Positions 10,282-20,158 of a stretch of DNA of 64,000 bases are shown one piece after another. The translations under genes and the position numbers were made by a program. The DNA comes from Oscillospiraceae bacterium (lineage in GTDB: Bacteria > Bacillota > Clostridia > Oscillospirales > Ruminococcaceae). The notes beneath the pieces are model-generated. The model saw nothing but the letters and a program-made list of their open reading frames with translations, made no database searches and was not told the origin of the DNA. The stretch lies in the NCBI GenBank assembly GCA_031547945.1, contig JAVBRN010000002.1:15736-79735 (forward strand), in the 5' to 3' direction. Positions within the stretch are counted from its first letter, which is position 1. Each line of letters begins with the position of its first letter.

Positions 10282-11355
10282 TTAAAGATTTTCCAGTATG
10301 AGATCGCCCATTTGCACGGTGCCGACTTTTGTTGTGCCCGCCGCGGAAATGTCGCCGGTGCGGTAACCCTTTGCGAGCACGGCGGCGACCGCGTTTTCAA
10401 TCGCTTTGGCCTCCGCTTCGAGCTTGAATGAGTACTGCAGCATCATCGCGGCAGAGAGAACGGTCGCGATGGGGTTGGCGATGTCTTTGCCCGCGATATC
10501 TGGCGCCGAGCCGTGCACTGGCTCGTACATGCCGAAACTGCCGCCTTGGCCCAGGCTGGCAGAGGGCAGCATACCGATCGAACCGGTGATTTGGCTGGCC
10601 TCATCCGAGAGGATATCGCCGAACATGTTCGAGGTGACAATAACGTCAAAGAAGTTGGGATCGCGAATGAGCTGCATGGACGCGTTGTCCACATAAAGGT
10701 GATCGAGTGTCACATCCGGATAGTTCTTTGCGACTTCGATCACAACGCTGCGCCACAGACGCGAGGACTCGAGGATATTTGCTTTGTCTACGCTGGTAAC
10801 GTGTTTTTTACGCGTCATTGCGGATTCAAACGCAACAACTGCGATGCGGCGCACTTCTTCTACGGCATACATCTCAGTATCCCAGGCGGCTTCGCCAAGC
10901 TCGGTTTGCTTGCGCCCTTTGTCGCCAAAGTACATGCCGCCGGTCAGTTCGCGGACAACGAGGATATCCAGGCCGTCCTTGACCAGGTCGGGCCGCAATA
11001 CGCAGGCGTCCTTAAGCGCGTCGAACAATACGGCGGGGCGCAGATTTGCATAGAGTCCCAGTTGGCCGCGCAGACCCAGCAACGCCTGTTCGGGGCGCTG
11101 GTTGCCGGGCAAAGTATCCCACTGCCAGCCGCCGACCGCGCCGAGCAGCACGCTGTCACTCGCTTTGCAGATGTCCACCGTTTTCTGCGGTAACGGCTCG
11201 CCGAACTGGTCGATGGCGCAGCCGCCCGCGGGCACCTCTGTAAAGGAAAACGTGTGGCCGAATTTGTTGCCGACCGCGTCCAAAACGCGCACGGCCTGCC
11301 CGATGACCTCGGGGCCGATGCCGTCCCCGGGGATGACTGCGATATTATAGTTCAT
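10282..11355 (-). CDS. leuB: 3-isopropylmalate dehydrogenase
   Basis: 357 aa. [21 protein letters not shown] and [11 protein letters not shown] motifs. Confidence 0.95.
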   Translation of the reverse strand: MNYNIAVIPGDGIGPEVIGQAVRVLDAVGNKFGHTFSFTEVPAGGCAIDQFGEPLPQKTVDICKASDSVLLGAVGGWQWDTLPGNQRPEQALLGLRGQLGLYANLRPAVLFDALKDACVLRPDLVKDGLDILVVRELTGGMYFGDKGRKQTELGEAAWDTEMYAVEEVRRIAVVAFESAMTRKKHVTSVDKANILESSRLWRSVVIEVAKNYPDVTLDHLYVDNASMQLIRDPNFFDVIVTSNMFGDILSDEASQITGSIGMLPSASLGQGGSFGMYEPVHGSAPDIAGKDIANPIATVLSAAMMLQYSFKLEAEAKAIENAVAAVLAKGYRTGDISAAGTTKVGTVQMGDLILENL

Positions 11356-11597
11356 GGATAAATCCTTTTCTTATTTAAAAAGTATAATGTGCGCTGGTGG
11401 CAAGGCTCGGTTGCTTTATCCCATCCACGGCCACGCCCATTGCAATGGGGTTCACCCCATACCCACAGATGAAAGCAGGCCGGCATACCATAGATTCACA
11501 GCTACGCGCCAATCGCTGCGTATACAGCGGCCAAAATGGCATATTCCCAACAGAATGGATGAAACAATATTTGAGGTCGCACGAAACGATACGATCT

Positions 11598-12092
11598 CTA
11601 TTGTTTCAACTTTTCGCTGACCATGTTAATCAGGCCGTCTGCGTCCATGATGCGCTGCATAAATGCCGGGAACGCCTGCGCCTGGTAGGTTTCGCCTCTG
11701 GTCAAATTCTGAATGGCGCCGGTGGCAAAGTCCACCTGCAGCTTGTCGCCGGCCTGAATGCGCGCGGCAGCTTCTGAACATTCGAGAATCGGCAGACCGA
11801 TATTGATCGCGTTGCGGTAAAAGATGCGCGCAAATGTTTTGGCGATGACGCAGGAAACGCCAGACGCCTTGATTGCAAGCGGCGCGTGCTCGCGCGAGGA
11901 GCCGCAGCCAAAGTTTGCGCCCGCGACGATCATGTCGCCGGGCTGCACGCGGTTTACAAAGCCGCTGTCGATGTCCTCCATGCAGTGCTTTGCCAGTTCC
12001 TTCGGGTCGGACGAGTTGAGATAGCGGGCGGGAATGATGACGTCGGTGTCGACGTTGTCCTCGTATTTAAAAACGGTTCCGTTTGCAACCAT
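11598..12092 (-). CDS. leuD: 3-isopropylmalate dehydratase small subunit (short type)
   Basis: 164 aa. [12 protein letters not shown] motif; immediately downstream of leuC. Confidence 0.9.
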   Translation of the reverse strand: MVANGTVFKYEDNVDTDVIIPARYLNSSDPKELAKHCMEDIDSGFVNRVQPGDMIVAGANFGCGSSREHAPLAIKASGVSCVIAKTFARIFYRNAINIGLPILECSEAAARIQAGDKLQVDFATGAIQNLTRGETYQAQAFPAFMQRIMDADGLINMVSEKLKQ

Positions 12093-12103
12093 GATAGTCC
12101 TCC

Positions 12104-13363
12104 TTAAACCGTTTCCGGATCTGTGATTTTGCCGGTGAGCGCGGAAGCCGCGGCCACAGCGGGGCTTGCGAGATACACTTCGGACTCGGTGTGGCCCATA
12201 CGGCCCACAAAGTTGCGGTTGGTGGTCGAAACGGCGCGTTCACCTTTTGCGAGAATACCCATGTGTCCGCCGAGGCAAGGCCCGCAGGTCGGCGTGCTCA
12301 CAACGGCGCCGGCCTCTACAAAGGCTTCAATCAGGCCCTCGCGCAGCGCTTCGAGATAAATTTTTTGCGTACCCGGGAAGACAATTACGCGCAGACCGGG
12401 TGCGACTTTTCTGCCGCGCAGAATATCCGCCGCGATGCGCAGATCGGTCATGCGGCCGTTGGTGCAAGAGCCGATCACGACCTGGTCGACCTTGATCTCG
12501 CCAACCGCGTCGATCGTTTTTGTGTTTTCGGGCAGATGCGGAAACGCGACAGTTGGCCGCAATGTAGACAGATCGATTTCCATCACGCGGTCGTAAACGG
12601 CGTCCGCGTCGGGCTCGTAGATAGTATATGGCTTTTGGCTGTGCGCCTGCATATAGGCAATTGTCTGTTCATCTACGGGGAAGATGCCGTTTTTTGCGCC
12701 GGCCTCAATTGCCATGTTTGCGATGGTGAAGCGGTCGTCCATTGTCAGGTGTTGGACACCGTCACCGCAAAATTCCATCGACTGATAGAGCGCACCGTCC
12801 ACACCGATCATGCCGATGATATGCAAAATGACGTCTTTGCCGCTCACCCATTTTGCTGGCTTATTCCTTAATACAAACTGAATGGCGCCAGGCACCTTAA
12901 ACCACGCGGTGCCCGCTGCCATGCCGCACGCCATATCGGTGCTTCCGACACCGGTCGAAAACGCGCCGAGCGCGCCGTAGGTGCAGGTATGGGAATCGGC
13001 GCCGATCACAAGGTCGCCCGCAACCACAAGGCCTTTTTCGGGTAGCAGGCAGTGCTCAATACCCATCTCGCCGACATCAAAATAGTTTGTGATTTCTTTT
13101 TCGGCGGCAAAATCGCGGCACCGCTTGCAGTGCTCCGCAGATTTGATGTCTTTGTTGGGCGTAAAATGGTCCATGACCATCACGACTTTGTCTTTGTCAA
13201 AGACGCCATCCACACCTATCTTTTGAAATTCGCCAAGTGCGACCGGCGTTGTGACGTCGTTGCCCAGCACAAGGTCGAGCTTTGCCTCGATCAATTGGCC
13301 CGCGGCGACGCTTTCTAAACCTGCATGCGCGGCGAGTATTTTTTGGGTCATGGTCATGCCCAT
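12104..13363 (-). CDS. leuC: 3-isopropylmalate dehydratase large subunit
   Basis: ORF 12104..13378. Aconitase-family Cys ligands (GSCTNGR, CGPCLG). The ATG at 13363 ([10 protein letters not shown]) is preceded by GGAGGA. Confidence 0.93.
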   Translation of the reverse strand: MGMTMTQKILAAHAGLESVAAGQLIEAKLDLVLGNDVTTPVALGEFQKIGVDGVFDKDKVVMVMDHFTPNKDIKSAEHCKRCRDFAAEKEITNYFDVGEMGIEHCLLPEKGLVVAGDLVIGADSHTCTYGALGAFSTGVGSTDMACGMAAGTAWFKVPGAIQFVLRNKPAKWVSGKDVILHIIGMIGVDGALYQSMEFCGDGVQHLTMDDRFTIANMAIEAGAKNGIFPVDEQTIAYMQAHSQKPYTIYEPDADAVYDRVMEIDLSTLRPTVAFPHLPENTKTIDAVGEIKVDQVVIGSCTNGRMTDLRIAADILRGRKVAPGLRVIVFPGTQKIYLEALREGLIEAFVEAGAVVSTPTCGPCLGGHMGILAKGERAVSTTNRNFVGRMGHTESEVYLASPAVAAASALTGKITDPETV

Positions 13364-13491
13364 GTTTTTGTCCTCCATTGCTTGCTTCTACTTATCTTTG
13401 GCTTCGCGTCAAGTGCGGACGTGCCGTCCGCTCCGCACGTTCGTGCGGATGCCGCGCATCGCGCGGTCTTGACGCGATCTTTTTCGTGGCG

Positions 13492-15081
13492 CTACTCTGC
13501 GCGTTGCGCGTTGTTTCGTTCCAGATCTTTGGTTAGCTTATATTCGATGGAATCGACGAGCGCAATCCAGCTGGCCTCAATAATATCCTGCGACACACCG
13601 ACCGTCGACCACGATTCGGTGCCGTCGCTCGATTCGATGAGCACGCGCACGGTCGAAGCGGTTGCGCTTGCACTGTCCATCACACGTACCTTAAAATCGA
13701 TCAGGCGCATCTCCGCAACCTGCGGATAAAAGACCTCAAGCGCCTTGCGCAGGGCTTTGTCGAGCGCGTTGACCGGGCCCTGCCCTTCGGCCGCCGTGAC
13801 TTCGGTTTGGCCATCCACCATGATCTTGATCAGAGCGGAGGCCGACATGCCCTCGCGGTAGGGCTGCTCGCCGATGATTTTGAAGTTAACGAGTTCAAAA
13901 AAAGGTTTGTATTTGCCGAGCTGCTTGCGGATAATCAGAGAAAGTGTGCCCTCCGCGCCCTCGAATTGGTAGCCCTGATGTTCCAGATCTTTGATGCGCT
14001 GGATGATCTGCTCAGCCTCGGGTGAAGATTTGGTCAGCGAGGGATCGATCTTTTGCAGATGAGAAAGAATCGCCATGCGGCCCGCGACTTCGCTTGTCAA
14101 CAGTTTGCGCGCATTCCCGATTGTTTCGGGATCCAGGTGCTCAAAACTGACCGCCGCTTTCGCAACGCCGTCCACGTGCATGCCGCCTTTATGTGAGAAC
14201 GCACTGCGGCCCACATAGGGCATTTTATCGAGCAAAATAACATTTGCCACTTCGGCGATATAGCGCGCGGTCTGCGTCAGCAGGTGCATAGTTTCGTCGG
14301 GAATGCAGTGATAACCAAGTTTCAACTGCAGATTCGGGATAATTGTCGAGAGATTGGCGTTGCCGCAGCGCTCGCCATAGCCGATAAACGTGCCCTGCAC
14401 AAGCATTGCGCCCGCTTGTACCGCCAGAATCGAGTTGGCGACCGCAAGGCCGCTGTCGTTGTGGGTATGGATGCCGACGATGTCGCCGAAACAGCGGTAA
14501 ACTTCCGCGACGATATCCGCAATTTCATTTGGAAAGCAGCCGCCGCGTGTATCGCAAAGTGTCAGGTTGTCGGCGCCCGCATCGGCTGCTGCCTGCAGGC
14601 ACTGCATCGCGTAATCCGGGTTGGCTTGATAGCCATCAAAAAAGTGCTCGCCGTCAAAGATCACTTCTTTGCCTTGCGCTTTCAGAAACGAAATTGTGTC
14701 CGCGATCATCGCGAGATTCTCATCAAGCGTCGTGTGGATGATGTCGGTGACGTGGAAATCCCAGCACTTGCCAAAAATCGCGACGGCGGACGTCTTTGCC
14801 TGCAGAAGAGACTGCAGATTTTTGTCATCCGCGGCGCTGATGCCTGGGCGGCGTGTACTGCCGAAAGCGGTCAGCTTGGCATGCTGCAAATTTAAGGTTT
14901 GCGCGCGCTCAAAAAATTCAAGATCCTTTGGGTTGGAACCAGGATTGCCGGCCTCAATATAGCCGACACCTAGCGCATCGAGCGCCTGCACAATTTTTAG
15001 CTTATCCGCAACGGAAAAGGAAATCCCTTCCGCCTGCGCGCCGTCCCGCAGCATCGAATCAAAGATGGTGACAGTTTTCAC
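13492..15081 (-). CDS. cimA: (R)-citramalate synthase (LeuA-related, CimA type)
   Basis: ORF 13492..15120. N-terminus VKTVTIFDSMLRDGAQAEGISFS, HTHNDSGLAVAN, and a C-terminal LeuA-dimer/regulatory domain; about 529 aa. GTG start at 15081 with AAGGGGG upstream. The CimA-versus-LeuA call rests on length and N-terminal pattern and is an inference. Confidence 0.75.
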   Translation of the reverse strand: MKTVTIFDSMLRDGAQAEGISFSVADKLKIVQALDALGVGYIEAGNPGSNPKDLEFFERAQTLNLQHAKLTAFGSTRRPGISAADDKNLQSLLQAKTSAVAIFGKCWDFHVTDIIHTTLDENLAMIADTISFLKAQGKEVIFDGEHFFDGYQANPDYAMQCLQAAADAGADNLTLCDTRGGCFPNEIADIVAEVYRCFGDIVGIHTHNDSGLAVANSILAVQAGAMLVQGTFIGYGERCGNANLSTIIPNLQLKLGYHCIPDETMHLLTQTARYIAEVANVILLDKMPYVGRSAFSHKGGMHVDGVAKAAVSFEHLDPETIGNARKLLTSEVAGRMAILSHLQKIDPSLTKSSPEAEQIIQRIKDLEHQGYQFEGAEGTLSLIIRKQLGKYKPFFELVNFKIIGEQPYREGMSASALIKIMVDGQTEVTAAEGQGPVNALDKALRKALEVFYPQVAEMRLIDFKVRVMDSASATASTVRVLIESSDGTESWSTVGVSQDIIEASWIALVDSIEYKLTKDLERNNAQRAE

Positions 15082-15235
15082 GGAAGGGAACCCCCTTTTA
15101 AAGATTAAAATGATAAGCACTGGTCGTTAGACGTCGGCAGCACAAATGTACGAAATGCTGCCAACAGAAAGGAGTTAGGATTAATGACAGTTTTAGAGAC
15201 CTGTCACATTAAAAATACTGAAAAAAACAATCTCC

Positions 15236-16228
15236 TTATTTTTTCTTCCAGATCATTTTCTCGCGCAGTTCGGCGCCGACTTTCTCGACGAGGTGTTCGC
15301 GCTCGATGCGGCGTGTGGCCAGGAAGTGCGGGCGGTTGGCCTGGTTTTCAAGGATCCATTTGGTCGCGAATGTACCGTCCTGAATCTCATCAAGTACCTT
15401 GCGCATTTCTTTTTTGGTCTCGGCGGTGATCAGGCGTTTTCCGACCTCATAATCGCCAAACTCGGCGGTATCGCTGATCGAATAGCGCATATAGCTCAAA
15501 CCGCCCTCGGCGACGAGGTCGATGATCAGCTTCATCTCATGAATGCATTCGAAATAGGCGCTTTCGGGCTGATAGCCAGCCTCTACAAGTGTTTCAAAGC
15601 CAGCTTTCATCAGTGCGCAAACGCCGCCGCAGAGAACAGCCTGCTCGCCGAACAGATCGGTCTCGGTTTCTTCCTGGAATGTGGTTTCCAGGATACCTGC
15701 CCTGGCGCCGCCGATGCCGGCTGCGTAAGCGAGCGCGATGTCATGCGTATTGCCCGATGGGTCCTGATAGACGGCGACGAGGCAGGGAACGCCGCGGCCT
15801 TCCTGGAACTGGCTGCGCACCGTATGGCCAGGGCCTTTGGGCGCGATCATAAAGACATTAACGTCCGCGGGCGGGACGATTTGGTTGTAATGGATATTAA
15901 AGCCGTGCGCAAACGCGAGGTATTTGCCCTTGCTGAGATGGGGCGCAATGCTCTCTTTATAAAGCTTTGCCTGTTTTTCATCATTGATCAAAACCATAAT
16001 GATGTCGGCCTGTTTTGCGGCGTCTGCCGCGGTTGCGACCTTGAGGCCGGCATTTTGCGCGATTTCCCAGGATTTGCTGCCTTCATAGAGTCCGACAACG
16101 ACATCGACGCCCGATTCGTGCAGGTTGAGCGCGTGCGCGTGTCCCTGGCTGCCATAGCCGATGATTGCGACGGTTTTTCCTTTCAAAAGATCCAGATTAC
16201 AGTTTTCTGCGTAAAATAACGTTGCCAT
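15236..16228 (-). CDS. ilvC: ketol-acid reductoisomerase (class I)
   Basis: 330 aa. [13 protein letters not shown] Rossmann motif and typical KARI C-terminus. Confidence 0.96.
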   Translation of the reverse strand: MATLFYAENCNLDLLKGKTVAIIGYGSQGHAHALNLHESGVDVVVGLYEGSKSWEIAQNAGLKVATAADAAKQADIIMVLINDEKQAKLYKESIAPHLSKGKYLAFAHGFNIHYNQIVPPADVNVFMIAPKGPGHTVRSQFQEGRGVPCLVAVYQDPSGNTHDIALAYAAGIGGARAGILETTFQEETETDLFGEQAVLCGGVCALMKAGFETLVEAGYQPESAYFECIHEMKLIIDLVAEGGLSYMRYSISDTAEFGDYEVGKRLITAETKKEMRKVLDEIQDGTFATKWILENQANRPHFLATRRIEREHLVEKVGAELREKMIWKKK

Positions 16229-16497
16229 ACTCCATACTCCATTTCAAATGATATATATAATTCATGATAAACGCTTTGAACAAGCACCCAACAAAGTTAA
16301 ACGCGGGACTTTGCTGGCAGAGACCCTTTCCATGGCGCGACGCTTTCGCATGCATATTCGCGCCGCCGTCAACGCGTTTTTCACGAAAAGGGAATGGGGC
16401 CAACGGTTACAAAATGGTGAGGCGAGGACCAGAAAACATCAAAGCTTTTAAACCAATAAATAAGTTCTGTAATGGAGAGCGCTTTTGGCTCGAAAGA

Positions 16498-17016
16498 TTA
16501 CTCCACGTCTTCCTCGTCGCCCTCGCCCTTAATCCAGACGTCGCCGCGCTGGATCGCCGTCAGGCCGGTGCGCACAATCTCTCGGATGCCGAACGGTTCC
16601 ATGAGCTTAATAAACGCTTTGATTTTACCCTGTGTGCCCGTCACCTCTATCGTGAGCGCGTCGGTTGAGACATCGATGATGCTGGCGCGAAAGATCTCGG
16701 CGATGCTGACGATTTCCGCGCGCGTGGCGGAAGTCGATTGTACTTTAATAAGCGTCAGTTCCCGAAACACCGAAGTTTTTGGGCTCAATACCATAACCCG
16801 CTCGACGACAACCAGCTTTTCGACCTGGTTGCAGATCTGATCTACAATTTTATCATCGCCGCGCGTGACAATTGTGATGCGGGAAAATTGCGGATTTTCG
16901 GTCTCGCCGACACTGAGGCTATCAATGTTATAGCCGCGCCGGCTGAACAAACCGACCACGCGGCTCAGGACGCCGGCATTGTTCTCTACCAAAATCGAAA
17001 TGACGTGTTTATCCAT
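16498..17016 (-). CDS. ilvN: acetolactate synthase small (regulatory) subunit
   Basis: ORF 16498..17031. ACT-domain start HVISILVENNAGVLSRVVGLFSRRGYNI. The ATG at 17016 has GGAGG 8 nt upstream. Confidence 0.93.
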   Translation of the reverse strand: MDKHVISILVENNAGVLSRVVGLFSRRGYNIDSLSVGETENPQFSRITIVTRGDDKIVDQICNQVEKLVVVERVMVLSPKTSVFRELTLIKVQSTSATRAEIVSIAEIFRASIIDVSTDALTIEVTGTQGKIKAFIKLMEPFGIREIVRTGLTAIQRGDVWIKGEGDEEDVE

Positions 17017-17044
17017 TCCGGTGACCTCCAAGTATCAAAATTGC

Positions 17045-17345
17045 TGGAAGGAATAAAAAATGCCTCTCCCAAGCTTTATGAAAAGCCAGGGACGAGGCAT
17101 ACTACCACGTGTTACCACCCTTGTTTCTTTTCCGCCTCGCGGCGAAAAACTCTGCAGGTTCCAACAAACCTTCGCCGATAACGGGGCGGCCCGTTTTGCG
17201 CTTAATGAGCTGTGCAGCCGTTCAGCGAAAAAGCTCGTGAGTGACGCATTGTCCGCACCTCTATCGGTTTGCACCAACCACCGACTCGCTGAAAATGATG
17301 CGCGGATATACTTGTCTCAGTCAACGCTGTAGCAGTGTTTAGAAA
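17045..17345 (-). promoter_or_regulatory. T-box leader (tRNA-sensing riboswitch) of the ilvN...ilvB cluster
   Basis: On the minus strand: a Stem-I-like CAGCGAGTCGGTGGTTGGTGCAAACCGATAGAGG, the T-box sequence GGGTGGTAACACGTGGTAG (plus-strand 17101-17120), then the terminator ATGCCTCGTCCCTGGCTTT..AAAGCTTGGGAGAGGCAT plus TTTTTTA. The specifier is ambiguous: GUC-A (Val) or CUC-A (Leu) in GCGUCACUCACGAGC. Confidence 0.8.
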
Positions 17346-17354
17346 TTACAGTTG

Positions 17355-17383
17355 ATGGTATCACAATATGCCCTAATTGTCAA
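17355..17383 (-). promoter_or_regulatory. putative promoter of the ilv T-box leader
   Basis: Minus strand: TTGACA (17383-17378), 17-nt spacer, TGaTACCAT extended -10 (TACCAT at 17360-17355). Confidence 0.55.
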
Positions 17384-17405
17384 TATTGTTTTTGTGTATT
17401 TTGCC

Positions 17406-17458
17406 GCTCGTCGGCGCTCGTCGGCGCACCCTACGCTTCGTCGGCGCACCCTACGCTA
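17406..17458. repeat. short direct repeats (GCTCGTCGGC x2; TCGTCGGCGCACCCTACGCT x2)
   Basis: Read directly: ...GCTCGTCGGCGCTCGTCGGCGCACCCTACGCTTCGTCGGCGCACCCTACGCT... Confidence 0.8.
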
Positions 17459-17520
17459 ATCGCTTCCCCGCAGAAAGAGCCCTGCGGGAAAAGCTCACCG
17501 CTTCGGGGCGCCTCCTCTAC

Positions 17521-17547
17521 CGTTCACGACAAGTTCGGTCGTGAACG
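17521..17547. repeat. 10-bp perfect inverted repeat (hairpin)
   Basis: CGTTCACGAC aagttcg GTCGTGAACG. No U-tract on either strand. Confidence 0.7.
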
Positions 17548-17550
17548 GAT

Positions 17551-17675
17551 CAAGGTCAAGGGCAAGGTCAAGGGCAAGGTCAAGGGCAAGGTCAAGGGCA
17601 AGGTCAAGGGCAAGGTCAAGGGCAAGGGCAAGATCAAGGGCAAGGTCAAGGGCAAGGTCAAGGGCAAGGTCAAGG
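17551..17675. repeat. 12-bp minisatellite (CAAGGTCAAGGG)n, about 10.4 units
   Basis: Six perfect units, then a 6-bp half unit (CAAGGG), one variant (CAAGATCAAGGG), then nearly four more units. The minus strand reads CCCTTGACCTTG, so a TTGACC hexamer recurs every 12 bp. ORF 17541..17816 (SRARSRAR...) is its translation artefact. Confidence 0.95.
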
Positions 17676-17723
17676 AAAAATAATGGGATACAAATGATTC
17701 AGTTTTCGGGGAACAACGTTGCG

Positions 17724-19400
17724 TCAGTTCTGCTTGGCGAGCGGGTGCCCGGTGAGCGTCAGCATCCGGTTGAGCGCGCTCAGGACAGAGAGCAGCGAGG
17801 ATTTGCTGATGCTTGAGCTTACGCCGGCGCCAAAGAAGGAACGGCCGTTGTCGTCGTCAATCTGCAGGTAGGTGATCGCGCGGGATTTGGAGCCATATTC
17901 CAGCGAATGCTGGCTATAGTTGATAATTTCAAACCGCAAATCAAGCGATTCGCAGAGCGCCTCGCAGAACGCGCTGACGATGCCGTTCCCGTGCCCCTCA
18001 ATTTCACGCGCTTCGCCGTTGATGTTTATCGTTGCCGCCACCGAAAATGCGCCGTTGGTGGTTTCGTTGTACTTCACCAATTCGAGCGGTTGTTTGAGGT
18101 TGATATAGGTTTGGTCAAACAGTTCGTAAATCTGCGATGGAGACAAAACTGTTCCGGCGCGGTCGGAAAAATCGGTTGCGAGTGGGCCAAAATCCTGCTG
18201 CATCGCTTTTGGCATTTGAATGCTGTATTCCTGCTCAAGCACAAACGCCACACCGCCCTTGCCCGATTGGCTGTTCACGCGCACGATCTGGTTGTAGCTT
18301 CGACCGACATCGATTGGGTCGATGGGCAGATAGGGGACTTCCCAGTAGTCCGGGTGTTCCCGCAGCTTCGCGATGCCTTTTTTAATCGCGTCCTGGTGCG
18401 AGCCGGAAAACGCGGTAAACACAAGATCGCCCGCATATGGATGCCGCGGGTGCACCGCGAGCTCGGTGTAATTTTGATAGGTTTCAATGATGTCGTCGAT
18501 TTTGGTAAAATCGAGACTGGGATCGATGCCCTGTGTGTACATATTCATTGCGATTGTGAGGATATCAGCATTGCCGGTGCGCTCACCATTGCCGAACAGT
18601 GTACCCTCCACGCGCTGCGCGCCCGCGAGCATTGCTAGCTCGGACGCCGCGACGCCAGTGCCGCGGTCGTTGTGCGCATGCACGCTGACAATGACATTGT
18701 CGCGGCAGTGCAGGCAGCGGCTCATGTATTCAATCTGATCCGCATAGACGTTCGGCATCGTCATTTCCACGGTGTTGGGCAGGTTGATGATCACCTTACG
18801 GTCTGACGTTGGCTGCCAGACATCGATCACGGCGTTGCACACTTCGGCGGCGTAGTCCATTTCGGTGCCCGTAAAACTTTCGGGCGAATATTCAAACCAA
18901 AACCGCTCGCGGCCGTACTGTTCGGAAAGTTCATTCATGAGACCGGCGCCGTCAATCGCGATCTGCCTGATCTCGTCCTTGCTCTTGTTAAAAACGACAT
19001 CACGCTGCAACGTGGAGGTGGAATTATAAAGATGCACAACGGCCCGCTTGACGCCCTCGAGCGATTCGAACGTCCGTCGTATGATATGGTCGCGCGCCTG
19101 CGTGAGAACCTGAATGGTCACATCGTCCGGAATCAGGTTGCGCTCTATAAGCGTACGCACAAAGCTGAATTCGGTATCGGAAGCGGCCGGAAAACCGACC
19201 TCAATTTCCTTAAATCCAATCTCAACCAGCAGCCGAAAGAAATCCAATTTCTGTTCCAGCGTCATGGGATTGACGAGCGCCTGGTTGCCGTCGCGCAGGT
19301 CGACGCTGCACCAGATCGGCGCCTGGACAAGCTGCTGCATCGGCCAAGTACGGTCTGCAAGCTGGAAAAGCGGATAGGGTCGGTATTTTGTGAAATTCAT
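17724..19400 (-). CDS. leuA: 2-isopropylmalate synthase (long, LeuA type 2)
   Basis: 558 aa. N-terminus KYRPYPLFQLADRTWP...APIWCSVDLRDGNQAL, HAHNDRGTGVA, and a C-terminal regulatory domain. Confidence 0.93.
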   Translation of the reverse strand: MNFTKYRPYPLFQLADRTWPMQQLVQAPIWCSVDLRDGNQALVNPMTLEQKLDFFRLLVEIGFKEIEVGFPAASDTEFSFVRTLIERNLIPDDVTIQVLTQARDHIIRRTFESLEGVKRAVVHLYNSTSTLQRDVVFNKSKDEIRQIAIDGAGLMNELSEQYGRERFWFEYSPESFTGTEMDYAAEVCNAVIDVWQPTSDRKVIINLPNTVEMTMPNVYADQIEYMSRCLHCRDNVIVSVHAHNDRGTGVAASELAMLAGAQRVEGTLFGNGERTGNADILTIAMNMYTQGIDPSLDFTKIDDIIETYQNYTELAVHPRHPYAGDLVFTAFSGSHQDAIKKGIAKLREHPDYWEVPYLPIDPIDVGRSYNQIVRVNSQSGKGGVAFVLEQEYSIQMPKAMQQDFGPLATDFSDRAGTVLSPSQIYELFDQTYINLKQPLELVKYNETTNGAFSVAATININGEAREIEGHGNGIVSAFCEALCESLDLRFEIINYSQHSLEYGSKSRAITYLQIDDDNGRSFFGAGVSSSISKSSLLSVLSALNRMLTLTGHPLAKQN

Positions 19401-19842
19401 GATGGATAACCTCCTGCTTTGTTAGTAGACAACAGAAATTTGATATTGGTTAAACGGCAGAAAATAAGATAAGGGTGTACACATGCATTTCGCAGCCAAG
19501 GCACTTGCGAAAAACGCGAACCAAGCAGAAAACGGTTCCAAACGGCGGCCGTGGCACGCGCCACAAAAATAGTCATTCCGCCAGGCGGCAGATACCAATT
19601 TGGTCAAGAAACAGGTGGGCATCTTCGTTGCATCGGTTCCCGCAAAGCACAGCTTTGTGGAATAAAGTACGGGCAGCGAAGCGGTAGACGTAGGGCGGTC
19701 TTTTCGAACTGCATATAAAGATGGCGCGGTGGGAGACGCAGGCCGAAATCTATGGTCGCGAGTCGTTCGCTTATCACGGGAAAAAGGCATGCATCGATGA
19801 AGGTGGACAGCCTTGCCTTCAATGCGGTGTGCTGATAACAAG

Positions 19843-20150
19843 AAAAAAGCAATAACAAAAAAGCCTTCCGTCTCGATAAGAGACGAAAGGCGCTATGCTT
19901 TCCGCGGTACCACTCCAATTGCACAATATAACATTGTGCCCCTCTGCAGATACGGCGCAATGTATGCGCGATATCCTGTCCCATGCTAACGGCGGGCACC
20001 CGTCTTCACCTACTACAGCGCAAAACGCCTGTTCAGCAAGCCGCTCGGAGGCCAGTTCGGTTTCGCTGCGATGCTGCCTTGCACCAGCCGGCAACTCTCT
20101 GAAAACGCTTCCTGAAACGTACTATTCCTCGTCTTCGCGTTTGGTCATTG
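19843..20150 (-). promoter_or_regulatory. T-box leader upstream of leuA
   Basis: Minus strand: Stem I CAGAGAGTTGCCGGCTGGTGCAAGGC, T-box AATTGGAGTGGTACCGCGGAAAG (plus-strand 19898-19920), terminator CCTTTCGTCTC ttatc GAGACGGAAGG plus CTTTTTTGTT. The candidate Leu specifier is CUG or CUC in GAACUGGCCUCCGAGCGG. Confidence 0.85.
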
Positions 20151-20158
20151 TATAAAAT

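Noticed and set aside
17541-17816. 91-aa ORF translating as SRARSRARSR...
   Set aside because: It is the reading-frame image of the 12-bp minisatellite. It has no RBS, lies in an intergenic position and has an implausible composition.
19422-19841. 139-aa minus-strand ORF between the T-box terminator and leuA
   Set aside because: It has no RBS and a Cys/Arg/Phe-rich sequence, and it lies within a region that looks like structured leader RNA.
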